The notes beneath the pieces were generated by a model. That model did not search any database. It was given only the letters and a program-made list of their open reading frames with translations, and was not told the DNA's origin. A program made the position numbers and the translations under genes. From Hydrolagus colliei (lineage: Eukaryota), in contig CM068743.1 in NCBI GenBank assembly GCA_035084275.1, forward strand, positions 116,498,001-116,562,000: DNA of 64,000 nt, written 5' to 3'. Positions 24,961-36,647 of this stretch are shown here, piece after piece. Position 1 is the first letter of the stretch. Every line of letters begins with the position of its first letter.

Positions 24961-26159
24961 TTAGAACAAAAATAATGCTTTGATTTCTCATATGGCCAGA
25001 GTTTTATATGGCATAAAAGATAATAGGTTTACAACAAAACCATTATTCAAGCTGCAAAACGCTCTGGTCAGACTGCACTGAGTATATTGTATATTATTCT
25101 AGTTACCAGGACAAAAATGGGCTGTGTGGGCACTAAAGGAGGATGATCCCCATGTTATCGTAATGATCTATGAGCAACGGTTAGACAAGCTAGGACTCTT
25201 GAAAGGATTTGGCTTAGATGGTTTCTTTGAATGTTTTGAGAATGTAAATTCCATTCTCTCAAGTGATTTGGTGATCTTGTCAATTTGTGCATTTCTCATA
25301 ATAATCCTTACAATGGACACAGTGTGTTATCATGTTGATAGAATATCTCAAATTGCTTCACAGGATTTTTCAGTAAGATGTGGTGATTGTGCATTTATAA
25401 GCAAATGCAACAACCAATATGCTCATAGCAATTTCCCACAAACAGCCATGAAGTACAGTAGTATATATATATATATATGACATTTTCTTGGGTCACAACA
25501 CTTGAAAAAACATCTTTATCTTTTCAAAATAGTGTCATGTTATCTTCAACATCTACCTGATAAACAATTCAATATCTCATCCAAAGGATAGCACCTGCAA
25601 TAAAGCAGATCACCCACAATTGATTGTTGGCCTGGAATACAAGCTGAAAGTCTAATATGGGAATTAAACAAATACTCACCAACTGGGGCACATTGGCACT
25701 TGCAACTTGTCAGTGTACTGAAAAACAACTAGTAAAGATTGCCCCCTGGCCTTTCTCCCCACCCCACCTCTTCTTCCCTCACTCGGTTTTTCCACTTTCT
25801 CTCCCCCCTTTTCCCCTTCCCTCTCTCTCTCCCTTACCTCCCCTTTCTCCCCCCTCTTCCTCCCTGACCTTACCCCACCCAACCTTTCCCTTCCTCTCCC
25901 CCCTTGCCTTCTTTTCCCCCTTTCTCCGCTTGCCCCATTTCCACAACTGTTTGTGGGACATTGCTGTGCACAATTTGGCTGCCACGTTTTGCCCACAAAT
26001 ATACAGTTGGCTTTCCTGCTCTCCTTCCCCCTACCCCGACCTCTCCCCTTGCCATCTTTCCTCCCCTTTTCCCCTAGTCCCACTTCCACGACTGTTTGTG
26101 GGACACTGCTGTGCGCAATCTGGCCTCTCCACGTGAAAGGCGCTATATAAATGTAAGTT

Positions 26160-26175
26160 TTGATTGATTGGTTGG

Positions 26176-26207
<32 letters not shown>
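26160..26207. repeat. (TTGA)n microsatellite, the tail of a retroelement
   Basis: Direct reading; follows an L2-type tail. Confidence 0.85.
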
Positions 26208-26403
26208 CACAGGTAGACACTGCTTAACGTTGTATTTTGGTTCTTCCAAAGTGTGACTTTAAGCAAAACGATGTTAAGCAAATAAATTTTACCCATAAGA
26301 ATGAATGTAAAACTGTAACATGTGCTGAACCAAATACAATTAACCACAAAACAACTCTAAACCAGTTGCAGACAAACACATTTTGGCCCACCCATAGATG
26401 TGG

Positions 26404-26447
26404 ATTGGCTGATGCAGAATCACATCATTTCCTGCATGATGACATCA
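26404..26447 (+). promoter_or_regulatory. V5 promoter module: ATTGG, CATTTCCTG (Ets-like) and TGACATCA (CRE-like)
   Basis: 26404-26408, 26426-26434 and 26440-26447; homologous module at V10 (51042-51072). Confidence 0.6.
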
Positions 26448-26502
26448 GTTAAGAAGCATGTCCAATAAAAGCTGAAATCAGTTCAGTGTTCCACACAGAA
26501 AC

Positions 26503-26951
26503 ATGAATTTCTATTTTGCAGTAATTTGGATCACCTCTTTCCTATGTTAGTTTTGAAAGCTCTGTTTGATCATTTTCTTGTCTATCATTATCCTAGGTAT
26601 TTTGAAATGACAACTACTGTATTTGTATTCCCTTTCCAGATGAATGCAGTGCTGAAAAGTTGACTCAGCCTAAATTATCAATGACCAGAAACCAGGAAAA
26701 AACTGTATTGTTTGATTGTAAGGTAGAAGGGGTGCAATTTAGTACTGCTTATATTCATTGGTACCGACAGACTAAACATGAAGCACTGAAATGGATACTC
26801 TACATTCAGTCCAAATCGAATTCTATAAACGACGATGGTTTTGGTAGTCTATTTTCAGCAGAAAAAGTGGAAAAAGAGAATACATGCAAACTTGTTATAA
26901 GAGAAGTTAAGCAGAAGGACGCTGGCATCTATTATTGTGCTTACTGGGATT
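26503..26951 (+). CDS. TRGV: TCR gamma V segment V5 (leader 26503-26545, V exon 26640-26951)
   Basis: Leader MNFYFAVIWITSFL, GTTAGT/TTTCCAG intron, LFDC...HWYRQ...YYCAYWD. Confidence 0.95.
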
Positions 26952-26990
26952 CACAGTGCTAGAGCACCATGAAAAACCTTTACAAAAACA
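26952..26990 (+). other. 23-RSS of V5
   Basis: CACAGTG + 23 nt + ACAAAAACA. Confidence 0.95.
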
Positions 26991-29289
26991 TCCAATCGAG
27001 TGGAGGTTAGCATGCTAAGCCGCAATTACAATAAGCTGCCACTTCAACTTTACTCACAATCACAGAACAGCTTTAATTTGGTGGTAAGGTTACTACATTT
27101 TTTAAACATGGTAACATTTTCGAGATCTCACTGTATTTATTCTATTCATGCATCCAGCCCCAGCCAAAATGAAGCTTGAAATCTAAGCTGACACAGATTT
27201 ATGGAAAATCATCAATTCTTTTTTAGTTTGGTTCCCCCATACTGCAAGAAATTAGTTTCTAAAATGTGTTTGAACACTTAATAATTCTGTGAACTTGAGT
27301 TTTAACACGAAATGTTCTGACACACTAAGACTAAATGAATTTTACGGCTAATTTAATTTCATTGAAAAATATCCATCAGGTATTTTTCTACCTGTTAAAT
27401 TGAAGATGTATGAAGGCTTTTCCTTGCTTATAAATTGTATGTGGCTAGTTATGAACAGCAGTATCTCATTTGGCTTTTGAAAGGCTCTCTGTGCTTGTGT
27501 ACTGTCTCTAGGAAGAAGTGTTGTAAGTACTGGAGAAAAAGATCAGACGTTGAATGTCTAATTGCCATTTGCCTGTAAATATATGCAGTTAATACAATTT
27601 ACAGCCTGTGAAACACTTAGAGACCTGTTGATAGGCCGCTACAACAAATTCAAGGATTATTATTATCATCAATGCAAAGATGCATCACAAAATCACAATA
27701 GATATTTGGATGCAAAAGGCCATTTGGTCCACTTGTTATGATCTAATTTCTTTCTCTCTGGAGGGACAAATGTATTATTTTCTTTATTTAAATAGTGCTC
27801 TTTGAATTAAATATTTAATACATTTTACTCATCTGAAGATCTTTATTCTCATTTGTTGAAGCACCATGATTCATGTCTGTTATTATCTCTGTCTTATCTT
27901 GGTTTGGAGATTTACATAGAAACAGTCAATAAATTAACAGTTGGGAGGTAGACTTCAAAAGGCAAAGTTAACTGACTTACAACCACAAAAGCAGGTGTAA
28001 TTAGCTAAAGATTTTCCGTTCATTTGTATGATGTAATGTCTGAACACCATATGAATTGTTCTAAATTCTTCTTATTTTTTTGAATGGATTATTACCTCTA
28101 GAAAGTGATCCGAGAATTGACTAACAACTGGTTTCATACTTACTACTAGGTAAACCGAGGCGTGTGGAGGAAAGAAACTTGCCTGAGGTTTTGTCTTGTC
28201 CAGGAATCTGTCCCGGGTCTTCCCGCTTGCAAGGCAAGTGCTCCAACCAATATACTACAAGACTCTACTGAGAGTTGAGAAACATCTATTCACAAAGTCA
28301 CAAGATGCGTTTGGATGCAGAAGGTCCCTCAGATCATTAGATACAATCTGATTGCAAAATTAAAGAGAAATTCAAGTCCATTGGCATAATCAATGTCCAC
28401 AACGGCAGTTGCAATTGAGCTACTTTCACTCAGACTCAAGAAAGGAAATTACTATTGATTTCCAATTTGTTTGTAAAATACATGTAGACTGACAGCATCA
28501 AGAAATATTGCACAAACTATTGTGCGCAGAAATACCATGCAAATATATGTTGCTGATATCAATAGTAATACTCTATAAATATAATTTATGGGTTGTGCTT
28601 AACCACGCACAAACTCACAACGTATAGAAAGGGAAAGACTTTTGTTTATGTGGTCAATAGCCAATGAAAAGAATTGGGAGTATCAAGCAAGCAATGTTCT
28701 CCATTTCTAACCAGTCACTATATGTGAAGTAAACAAAAATGATATTGTTTTTTGTCATCTTAAAAACATATTGTGATTTAAATGAACAAAAACAACTTCA
28801 TGTTCTAATATTTTTTAAAATGTGTTGCTGGTAGTTCACAGTGGAATGAGTGATATTTCTATTAATTGCAATATAATATGTTTAATATTTTACGCTAAAC
28901 AATCTGTGACAATACTTCCAATATAAAATGAGCTTTTAAACCTCTACAAATGAAGTATTTAAGACACTTAGTCCATTGTGTAGGTTCAGTGTCCAATTGC
29001 AATACTTTTTGAAGTAATCGTGTTAGGAGCACGCATTGCCATGTATATAATTTATGTCTGTATATCATGCAGTTTAGACCCAAACACAAACAATGAGAAA
29101 ATAAATGAAGGAAAGTAGCAATTGAAGCAGAGTAACAAATTAATAAGGATTAACTCGAGCAAAGTTTGATAGCAACAAAATATAAACATTTTATTATATA
29201 TTATACATCTCCTGATTGATTTGCACCAGCGCTTCCACATCTCAGGCATTGGCAGCATCAGCATCTACGGATGCACACTCCACCTCACC

Positions 29290-29970
29290 AAGCCAGACAG
29301 GAACCTACTGAGACATCTTGTTTGACCCCTCAACTGCCCTTTCTCCCCCACATCCTTGACATGACCTGCTCTGCCTGCCCCAAACAACCTTTGTAACATC
29401 ACCTGACTCCGCCGCTGCCTCACCCCTCAGAGCATTGAAACCCTCACACATACCTTCATTACAAACAAGCTGCTTGTCAGCCTTACCAATTCTTCCATCT
29501 ACAAGCTGCAGATCATTCAACACTCTGCAGCTCATGTCCTCTCCCTCACCAGGCTCCTTGACCCCATCACAGCCACCCTCACTTGGCCCACTGGATCCCT
29601 ATCCCTCAGAGGATCGAGATCAAAATTCTCTTCTTCATGTTCAAGGCCCTTCATGGCCTAGCCCTCTACCACCTCTCTACCTGCTAGCTCCCCACCCTCT
29701 GGAACTGCATCTGACATTCCCTTCAACCCAATTCCCCCCCTAGCATCCTTCAAGGAATGCCTCAGGACCTACCTCTTTGACAGCACCTTTGCCACCCCCC
29801 TACCCTATCTGCCTCATCCCTCCCTGATCGCAACAACCCGCCACCCCCCCCCCCCCCCCCCCCCCACCCCCGCCCCACTCTCTCTAACCCCAACTCAGGT
29901 TCTAATCCCTGATTGTTCAGCACCTTAGGGCGTGAAAGGCCCTTTACAAATATTAATTTTGTATTGTATT
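29290..29970 (+). mobile_element. Degraded L2 3' fragment with poly-C tract
   Basis: Similarity to the other L2 3' ends; tail at about 29920-29970. Confidence 0.65.
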
Positions 29971-30112
29971 AATAAACCACATTCATCAATAAACTAGATC
30001 TTACCATTTCTTCACTTGACTTTTCAATTAATCTTATTTTCCTGCTTGATGAATACTATATGCTATTATGTGATTGAGGTAATAATTGCATATTGTTGTG
30101 TGTGTGTGTGTG

Positions 30113-30350
30113 TGTCTGGCTCAGCTGGTTCCACTCTCACCTCAGAATCAGAAAGTTCAAGCCTCATATTGAAACTTTGAACTCATATATTCTAGGCTGC
30201 TGCTCTACTGGAGTGTTGCTGGTGTGTTGCAAATTTGGAGATGCCGTTCTTCAGATGAAATACTAAACTGAGATCCTGTCTACCTGTTCAAGAGGACATC
30301 AAAGATCCTAACGCACTATTTGACAAGAGAAGGGAGTTGGAAACGCTTTG
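30113..30350 (+). mobile_element. Older DeuSINE-type element (long Deu domain); related pieces at about 6055-6250 (+), 18940-19080 (-), 40230-40680 (+)
   Basis: CTCTCACCTCAGAATCAGAAAG head and TTCAGATGAAATACTAAACTGAG...AAAGATCC...CACTATT resemble the shark DeuSINE as I recall it (not searched). Confidence 0.6.
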
Positions 30351-30738
30351 AGTTGTCATCCTGGCAATGAAAGGCATTGGTATAAAATGTGAGGATTATT
30401 ATTAGATGCTGGAACTCTCTTCCTCTATTCCTCCGCCTTGTCCCCCTCCTTCCCCATCCTCAGGTGGCAACCGAAGATCTTCCTCTTCGACCGTGCAATC
30501 GACTTCTCCTTGCTTCTGGCTCAGCATCCTCTACGTTACAGGCAAGCACCCTGGGACACCTACCCTGCTTGTGGGACTCTATATAAATGCAAGTTGTTGT
30601 TGTTCAACATGAGGTCTCACAACTGCAGAAGATTAGATCATCTGTATCATTGGTTGAGGCTGCTCCCGTCATTTCCTGAATGAACTCGCTTCATTGGTAA
30701 GAGGCACAACTGCTTCAGGCAGCTCTTGTCACAGAAAC

Positions 30739-31233
30739 ATGGAGCTGTACGGTGTTGTAGTTCTGGTGAGCTCCCTGCTGGGTGAGTCTTTTAAGCTCGA
30801 ATGCATTGCTCTCTTGTGTGTCGTTTGCTTCGTATAATAAAATATCATTCTAATAATGGTATAGTGTGTCGGGCTAAGGATTGTCATTATTATAATACCA
30901 CCATCTGTATTTTGTTGCAGCCGAATCTCTCGCTCAAAACCTGATTCAGCTTGAAGTCTCAGTCAGCAGAAAGCCAAGCAAAACTGCCCGCATTCATTGT
31001 AAATTGGAAGGTGCATCTTTCGACAATATTATCATTCACTGGTATCGACAAATCCCAACTCAGCCCATTGAGCGGATTCTGTATGTCCAGACTGCGGGCT
31101 CTGTGCAGAGGGATGCGGGTTTCACTACTAGATTCGCAGCCGAAAACCTAAAAGATGAGAGCATCAGCCGACTTGAAATATCACAAATCCAAAGCACCGA
31201 TGCCGGCTCCTATTACTGTGCCTATTGGGCATC
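30739..31233 (+). CDS. TRGV: TCR gamma V segment V6 (leader 30739-30781, V exon 30921-31233)
   Basis: Leader MELYGVVVLVSSLL, GTGAGT/TTGCAG intron, AESLAQNLIQ...RIHC...HWYRQ...YYCAYWA. Confidence 0.95.
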
Positions 31234-31272
31234 CACAGTGACACTGAGCAATAGAAAAGCTATACAAATACT
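31234..31272 (+). other. 23-RSS of V6
   Basis: CACAGTG + 23 nt + ACAAATACT. Confidence 0.92.
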
Positions 31273-32689
31273 GTACCATCGGCACTGCACCCACTAAACA
31301 CGCACAGGTACCTCGCTCCCCTGACTTACACTAGCACCACACGGTTCAATTGGATCACTGGGTTTAATGTAAGTGTCATTTGGATTATTTCCCCCCAATT
31401 ATATTAGTCTATAACAATATTAGTGCGTTTACAACAACTCGCCGAGAAACCTCTGCCGTGTGTCTGCGTCTTATTAAAGTCAAGTCTCCAAAGAGCCTTC
31501 ACAGGGCGACCGGGACTGTGCGTTTTGTGGGCGAAATGTTGCGCATGTGCGATTAAATTTGCGACTTTTATGGATTTGTGGATTTGTAATATAAACAGAG
31601 AGGTGAGTTTTCTTCTTAACGCAATGTACATTTCACCCAATGGGAGGGAGGCTTTAAATAAAGAACTACGGTATTTCCAATTGACGTCACAACGTGAGCC
31701 CAAAGACAAATGTTTGTTTTACAATAAAAAAAGATTTGTGTGGATCTGACGGGCGACCAGCTAATAACACGACATTGCCTTTTAGATCTATGGAACGAAT
31801 CGTTTATCGGTCAAATCGTCACATGGGTAACGATATCACACGAGGAATTAGATCAATGATGTGACATTATTATTAATTATTATCATCATCAGTAAATGAC
31901 CACAAAGAAAAACAATGGGATGCTTCATTTATAACTTATATGGAGACGGTACTATTCATAGCAAATATTCCCTGCATGTTAATAGACCAATTATTTGGGA
32001 GGCGAGCTAACATTACAATGAAGAGTGAAGAGTTCACTGAAGCCATATTGATATTATATTATACCACCGTTGATATAGCTCACTGCCAGGGTAACTGTTT
32101 CCATATACAATACCCTGCATTAATTCTGTGTAACTTTTATCCCTGAACAAACTTGGCAGACTACAAGGGCAAGAGAAATATACCTCATTTTCTAATAACC
32201 TGTTACATGATGTAGTGGGATCCAGGAGGGTGCCCAGGATCACAATGAGAGAATTGTAAGTCACAAAGAGTAAGAACATAAGAAAGAATATAAGAATTGA
32301 TGGACAAAAAAGTCGAAGGTCTATTCGGTTCACCTTCCACCATCCTGTCTGTCACAAGCATATTTCATGTCCCAAACTATATAGTGTATCCCAAGGTATT
32401 ATTCCCTAAAATGAAATCTATCTAATTTGCTTTTGAAAGAATCAACACTTTCTGTTTTCACAGACTCTCCAGGGAGCCTGTTCCATACATTTACTAATAG
32501 CTCACCGAAATAGTGTTTCCACTGATTTGTTTTGGTATTTACTCCCCTTCAATCGCGAGCCATGTGCTCTGTTTTTATTGTTCTGGACAAGATTAAACAG
32601 CTTATTATGGTCGACATCATCCATTTACTTTAAAACCTTGAAAAGCACAATCATATCACCTCTAAACCTCTTTTTACAGCATGAATGTG

Positions 32690-34055
32690 CCCAACTAGAT
32701 AGTGTTAACCTTCAGAGGGACTTGGCTGTCCTTGTACACCAGTCACAAAAGGTTAGTTTGCAGGTACAGCAGGCAATGGGTTAAAATCAAAAGGGTTAAA
32801 ATATAAGAGGAGGGAAGTCTTGCTGCAACTGTACAGGGTGAGATCTGATGAGACCGCACCTAGAATATTGTGTGCAGTTTTGATTTCCTTGTTTAAGAAA
32901 GGATCAAATCAAATCAATCAAAACTTACATTTATATAGTGCCTTTAACACGAGAGGACGTCCCAAGGCACTGTACAGTCAGATAGGAACAAGAGCAGTGG
33001 GGGGAGGGGTCGGGGCAGGATGAAGGAGAGTAAGAGAATTGACTGAATATTTGTGGGTGAAACATGGCAGCCAAATTGCACACAGCAGTGTCCCACAAAC
33101 AGTCATGGAAATGGGGCCAGGGGAGAAAGGGGGAAAAGAGGGTAAGGAGGGAGAGGGAGGGAAAGGTGGGGTAATGTCAGGGAGGAAGAAGGGGAGAAAG
33201 GGGGGTAAGGGGAGAGAGGGAGGGAAAGGTGGGTGGGGGGCAAAATCAGGGAGAAATGGGGAGAAACGGGGAAAGAGGGGAGGGGGAAAGGGGGAGAGAA
33301 AGTCGGGAAAGGCAGGGAGGGAAGAAGAAAAGGGGGGAAAGGTTAGGGGGCAGGGGGGGATCAAACAACAACAATAAACAACAAAACCAATAGCAATAAC
33401 AATCAAGAATCGTCCAGTAACCACTCCTTGTCCTCGCTGCCCGCCTGGACGATCTTTAAAATGGCGGAAAATAGGGCCCAGTGTTTCAGGTGACAGGCCC
33501 CCAAACTGACCGGCTCCTCAGCTGGTGACTTGGTGACGGCCCTGGTATCTTGGACACGGCATGTCTGGCCAGCTCGCCTGGGGGCAGCAGCCCAATCGCC
33601 GTCTGGATCTCGAGTTATGAGGATAGGTTGAGCAATCTAGACCTATTTTCTCTAGATTCAGAATATAGAAGAATGAGAAGTGATTTTATAGAAACCTATA
33701 AGATTATTAAGGGGCATGATAGAATAGATAGTGGGAAACTGTTCCCCCTAGTTGGAGAAACTATAACCTGGGGTCACAGTCTTAAAATTAGGGGTCAGCC
33801 CTTTCGCAATGAGTTGAGAAAAAACTTCCTCACACAGAGGGTAGTCAATTTATGGAATTCTCTACCCTAAAGGGCTGTAGATGCTCAGTCCTTGAACATA
33901 TTCAATACTGAGATTAAGTATCAGATTTCTTGTGGATAAAGGGATTAAGGGATATGGATGAGTTAGAATAGATCGGCCATGATCTTATTGAATGGCGGGG
34001 CAGGCTCAAGGGGCCGAATGGCCTACTCCTAATTCTTCTGTTCTTCTGTTCTTAT
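32690..34055 (+). mobile_element. CR1 3' end, split by an insertion at about 32900-33612
   Basis: RRMRSDFIETYKII...FLTQRVVNLWNSLP; 3' end GGCCGAATGGCCTACTCCT followed by (TTCTG)n. Confidence 0.82.
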
Positions 34056-34519
34056 GAAACATACTTAAACAAATATCATTAACATATATATATATACACA
34101 AAAAGAACAGCAAATGTTTAACATCTTTAGCCTGCTTTTACAGTAGGTTTAGTTGATTAGATTTAAAATATGCATAGTTACATAGAGTGATATAGCAGGG
34201 GAACAGCCCTACTTGTCCATATTTATACTTCACATCAGCCATTGGCCATCGAGACAATACACTAGAATATAAACTAGCCTCTATACAATCAACTTTTAAA
34301 TATTGCTTTCTACTACGTAAGCAATTTTAGAAAAAAACACTATTTTTAAACACCAATGAGATAGCAACTGAATATACAAGATACCAATAGGAGCTGTGAC
34401 CATCTGAAAACGGATTGGTTAGAATAATGAGCCACTTATTTTTCATTTCATAGAGATTTGACCAAATATATCTATTGCATCGTGCAATTCAGCAGCACAA
34501 TATGGACCACCGCCTTATA

Positions 34520-34950
34520 ATGTCACCATATTATTGGTTTATTATGGCATTATTTGCTCCTTGTAAGTGTTTCTGTTTATACAGTTAAACAGTCATCTGT
34601 TTAAAATGCTAATTGCAATCTAAAATTATATTCATTTCTTTGTGTTTTTTTCCAGATTGGAGTTGTGCTCAGACTTTGCTTCAGTCTCCGATTTCGGTTA
34701 CCAAATCTGTTGCTAAAACTGTCAGATTTCATTGCAAAATGGAGAATGGTCTTGTAAGCAATTATAACATCCACTGGTACCAACAGAAAGCAAATCAACC
34801 ACTCACCAGAAAAGTCTATTACAGCACTAGCAATCCTATATCTGATTCTAGGTTTAAGACAGAAATAAATAGAAACAATACTTGCCTTCTTATAATTGAC
34901 AATATTGTGCAGAGTGACACTGCTAACTATTACTGTGCCATTTATACAAC
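34520..34950 (+). CDS. TRGV: TCR gamma V segment V7 (leader 34520-34562, alternative in-frame ATG at 34502; V exon 34656-34950)
   Basis: Leader MSPYYWFIMALFAP, GTAAGT/TTCCAG intron, RFHC...HWYQQ...YYCAIYT. Confidence 0.9.
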
Positions 34951-34989
34951 CACAGACCTATATGGCATTGTAAACCCCCTACAAAAACT
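34951..34989 (+). other. 23-RSS of V7
   Basis: CACAGAC + 23 nt + ACAAAAACT. Confidence 0.88.
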
Positions 34990-35100
34990 CTTAATTTTTT
35001 CCGCTGTACTTAACACAAATACAATGCGAGCATGCCACAGGAATTAAACAAAAAGCAAGAGCTGAAAGCAGCTGTTTCCTCTGAACCTGACCAAATAAAA

Positions 35101-35402
35101 TGGAGTCCTTTAGCTACGTGGTTAGAGCACTCTGGATCTGGAAACCTAGGTTTGATTCCCGGCAGGGCAAAACCTTGGGCCGGTTTCCTTACTCCACACG
35201 CTTAATAATAATCCCTCCCAAAAAAATAATTTGGTCACTCAATCCACAACTGTTTGTGGGACACTGCAGTGGGCACTTGGCTTCCGCATTTTGCCCTCAA
35301 ATATACAGGCAATTCAGTTTACAGTGTATCCTGTGAAGTGTTTTGAGACATCCAGAAGACATGAAAAGCTTTATATCAAATGCAAGGATTATTATTGTTA
35401 TT
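35101..35402 (+). mobile_element. tRNA-headed SINE, full length
   Basis: TGGAGTCC start, box B-like GGTTTGATTCCC, core and tail. Confidence 0.8.
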
Positions 35403-35649
35403 AAAATAGATCTCAGCAGTGTCTGGTTATCCCAAATATCTTCTAAACACATATAGAAGTAATCTGTTAAAAATAGGCTCATCAAAACTGATACAGTCAT
35501 TACACTTTCCAATAATCATCTGTGAATCATTTTCCGACTCATTTTCCGACTCTTTTATTCCCTCCCTTCCTTTCCACTGATCTCATTCATTAATCCTGTT
35601 TAGGCTTATGCATGAAACATAAAGTATAATAATAATACTTTCATTTGAT

Positions 35650-36643
35650 ATGGTGCTGTTGGGCCCATCTCCAACCTCCCTTTCCTGTCCAAGGTCCTCG
35701 AAAGAGTGGTCGCCTCACAGCTCCGCTCTTTCCTCTAAACTCACTCACTCTATGAACCCCCCCGATTGGATTTCCGTGCTGTCTACAGCACAGAAACTGT
35801 TCTGTTCAAGGTCACAAATGATATCCTGACCATTTGCGATGAGGGCTCCCTTTGCCTCCTCATCCTCCTCGATCTATCCATCACCTTTGATACCATGGAG
35901 CACGCAATCCTCCTCCACCGCCTCTCCTCCCACCTCAATCTTCAAGGTTCTGTCCTTGATTGGTTCCGGTCCTACCTTTCACACTGCCTTCTCTTTGTCT
36001 CCTCCAATGGCTTTCCTTCCAGCCCTCGCACAGTCTCATGCAGCTTTCCTCAGGACTCTGTCCTTGGCCCCCTCTTCTTCACCCTCTACATGCTCCCCCT
36101 TGGTGACATCTGCAGACATGGGTTAATTTCCACATGTTTGCGGATGACACCCAACTCTACCTTTCCACTTCCACCCTCGACTCCAGGACTACTGACGTTC
36201 TGACTGCATGTCTGTCCGACATTGATTCCTGGATGAGGACAATTTCCTTCAACTAAATGTCAACAAGATTGAAGCCCTCCTGGTTGGCTTGCGTGAGCTC
36301 CTCAGCACCTCAGGTGCTGGCAACGTCAGCATCCAAGGCTGTACTCTCCCCCTCAATCAAAACCAGCCAGGAATCTGGGCATCTTGTTCGACCCTGAACT
36401 GTCCTTCCGACCTCACATCCGGGCCATGACCGGTACTGCTTTCCACCACCTCTGCAACATTGCCAGACTCCACCATTGCCTCACCCCCTCCATGCTGCTG
36501 AAACACTTATTCACGCATTCATCACATCAAGGCTTGACTAAGGGAACTCTCTCCTTGTTGGCCTTCCCAGCTCCTTCCTTCACAAGCTGCAGATTATTCA
36601 GAGCTCTGCAGCTCATGTAACCTCGCACACTGGGCTCCGCGAC
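35650..36643 (+). mobile_element. Older L2 RT fragment, left part; continues at 39958-40205
   Basis: STETVLFKVTNDIL...QDSVLGPL motifs; stops at ...LRD where the minus-strand L2 tail starts. Confidence 0.8.
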
Positions 36644-36647
36644 AACA

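Noticed and set aside
25657-26347. Long ORFs rich in Pro/Ser or Gly/Arg/Glu (also 32978-33424 and 39532-39972)
   Set aside because: Artefacts of CT/GA-rich low-complexity repeat sequence.
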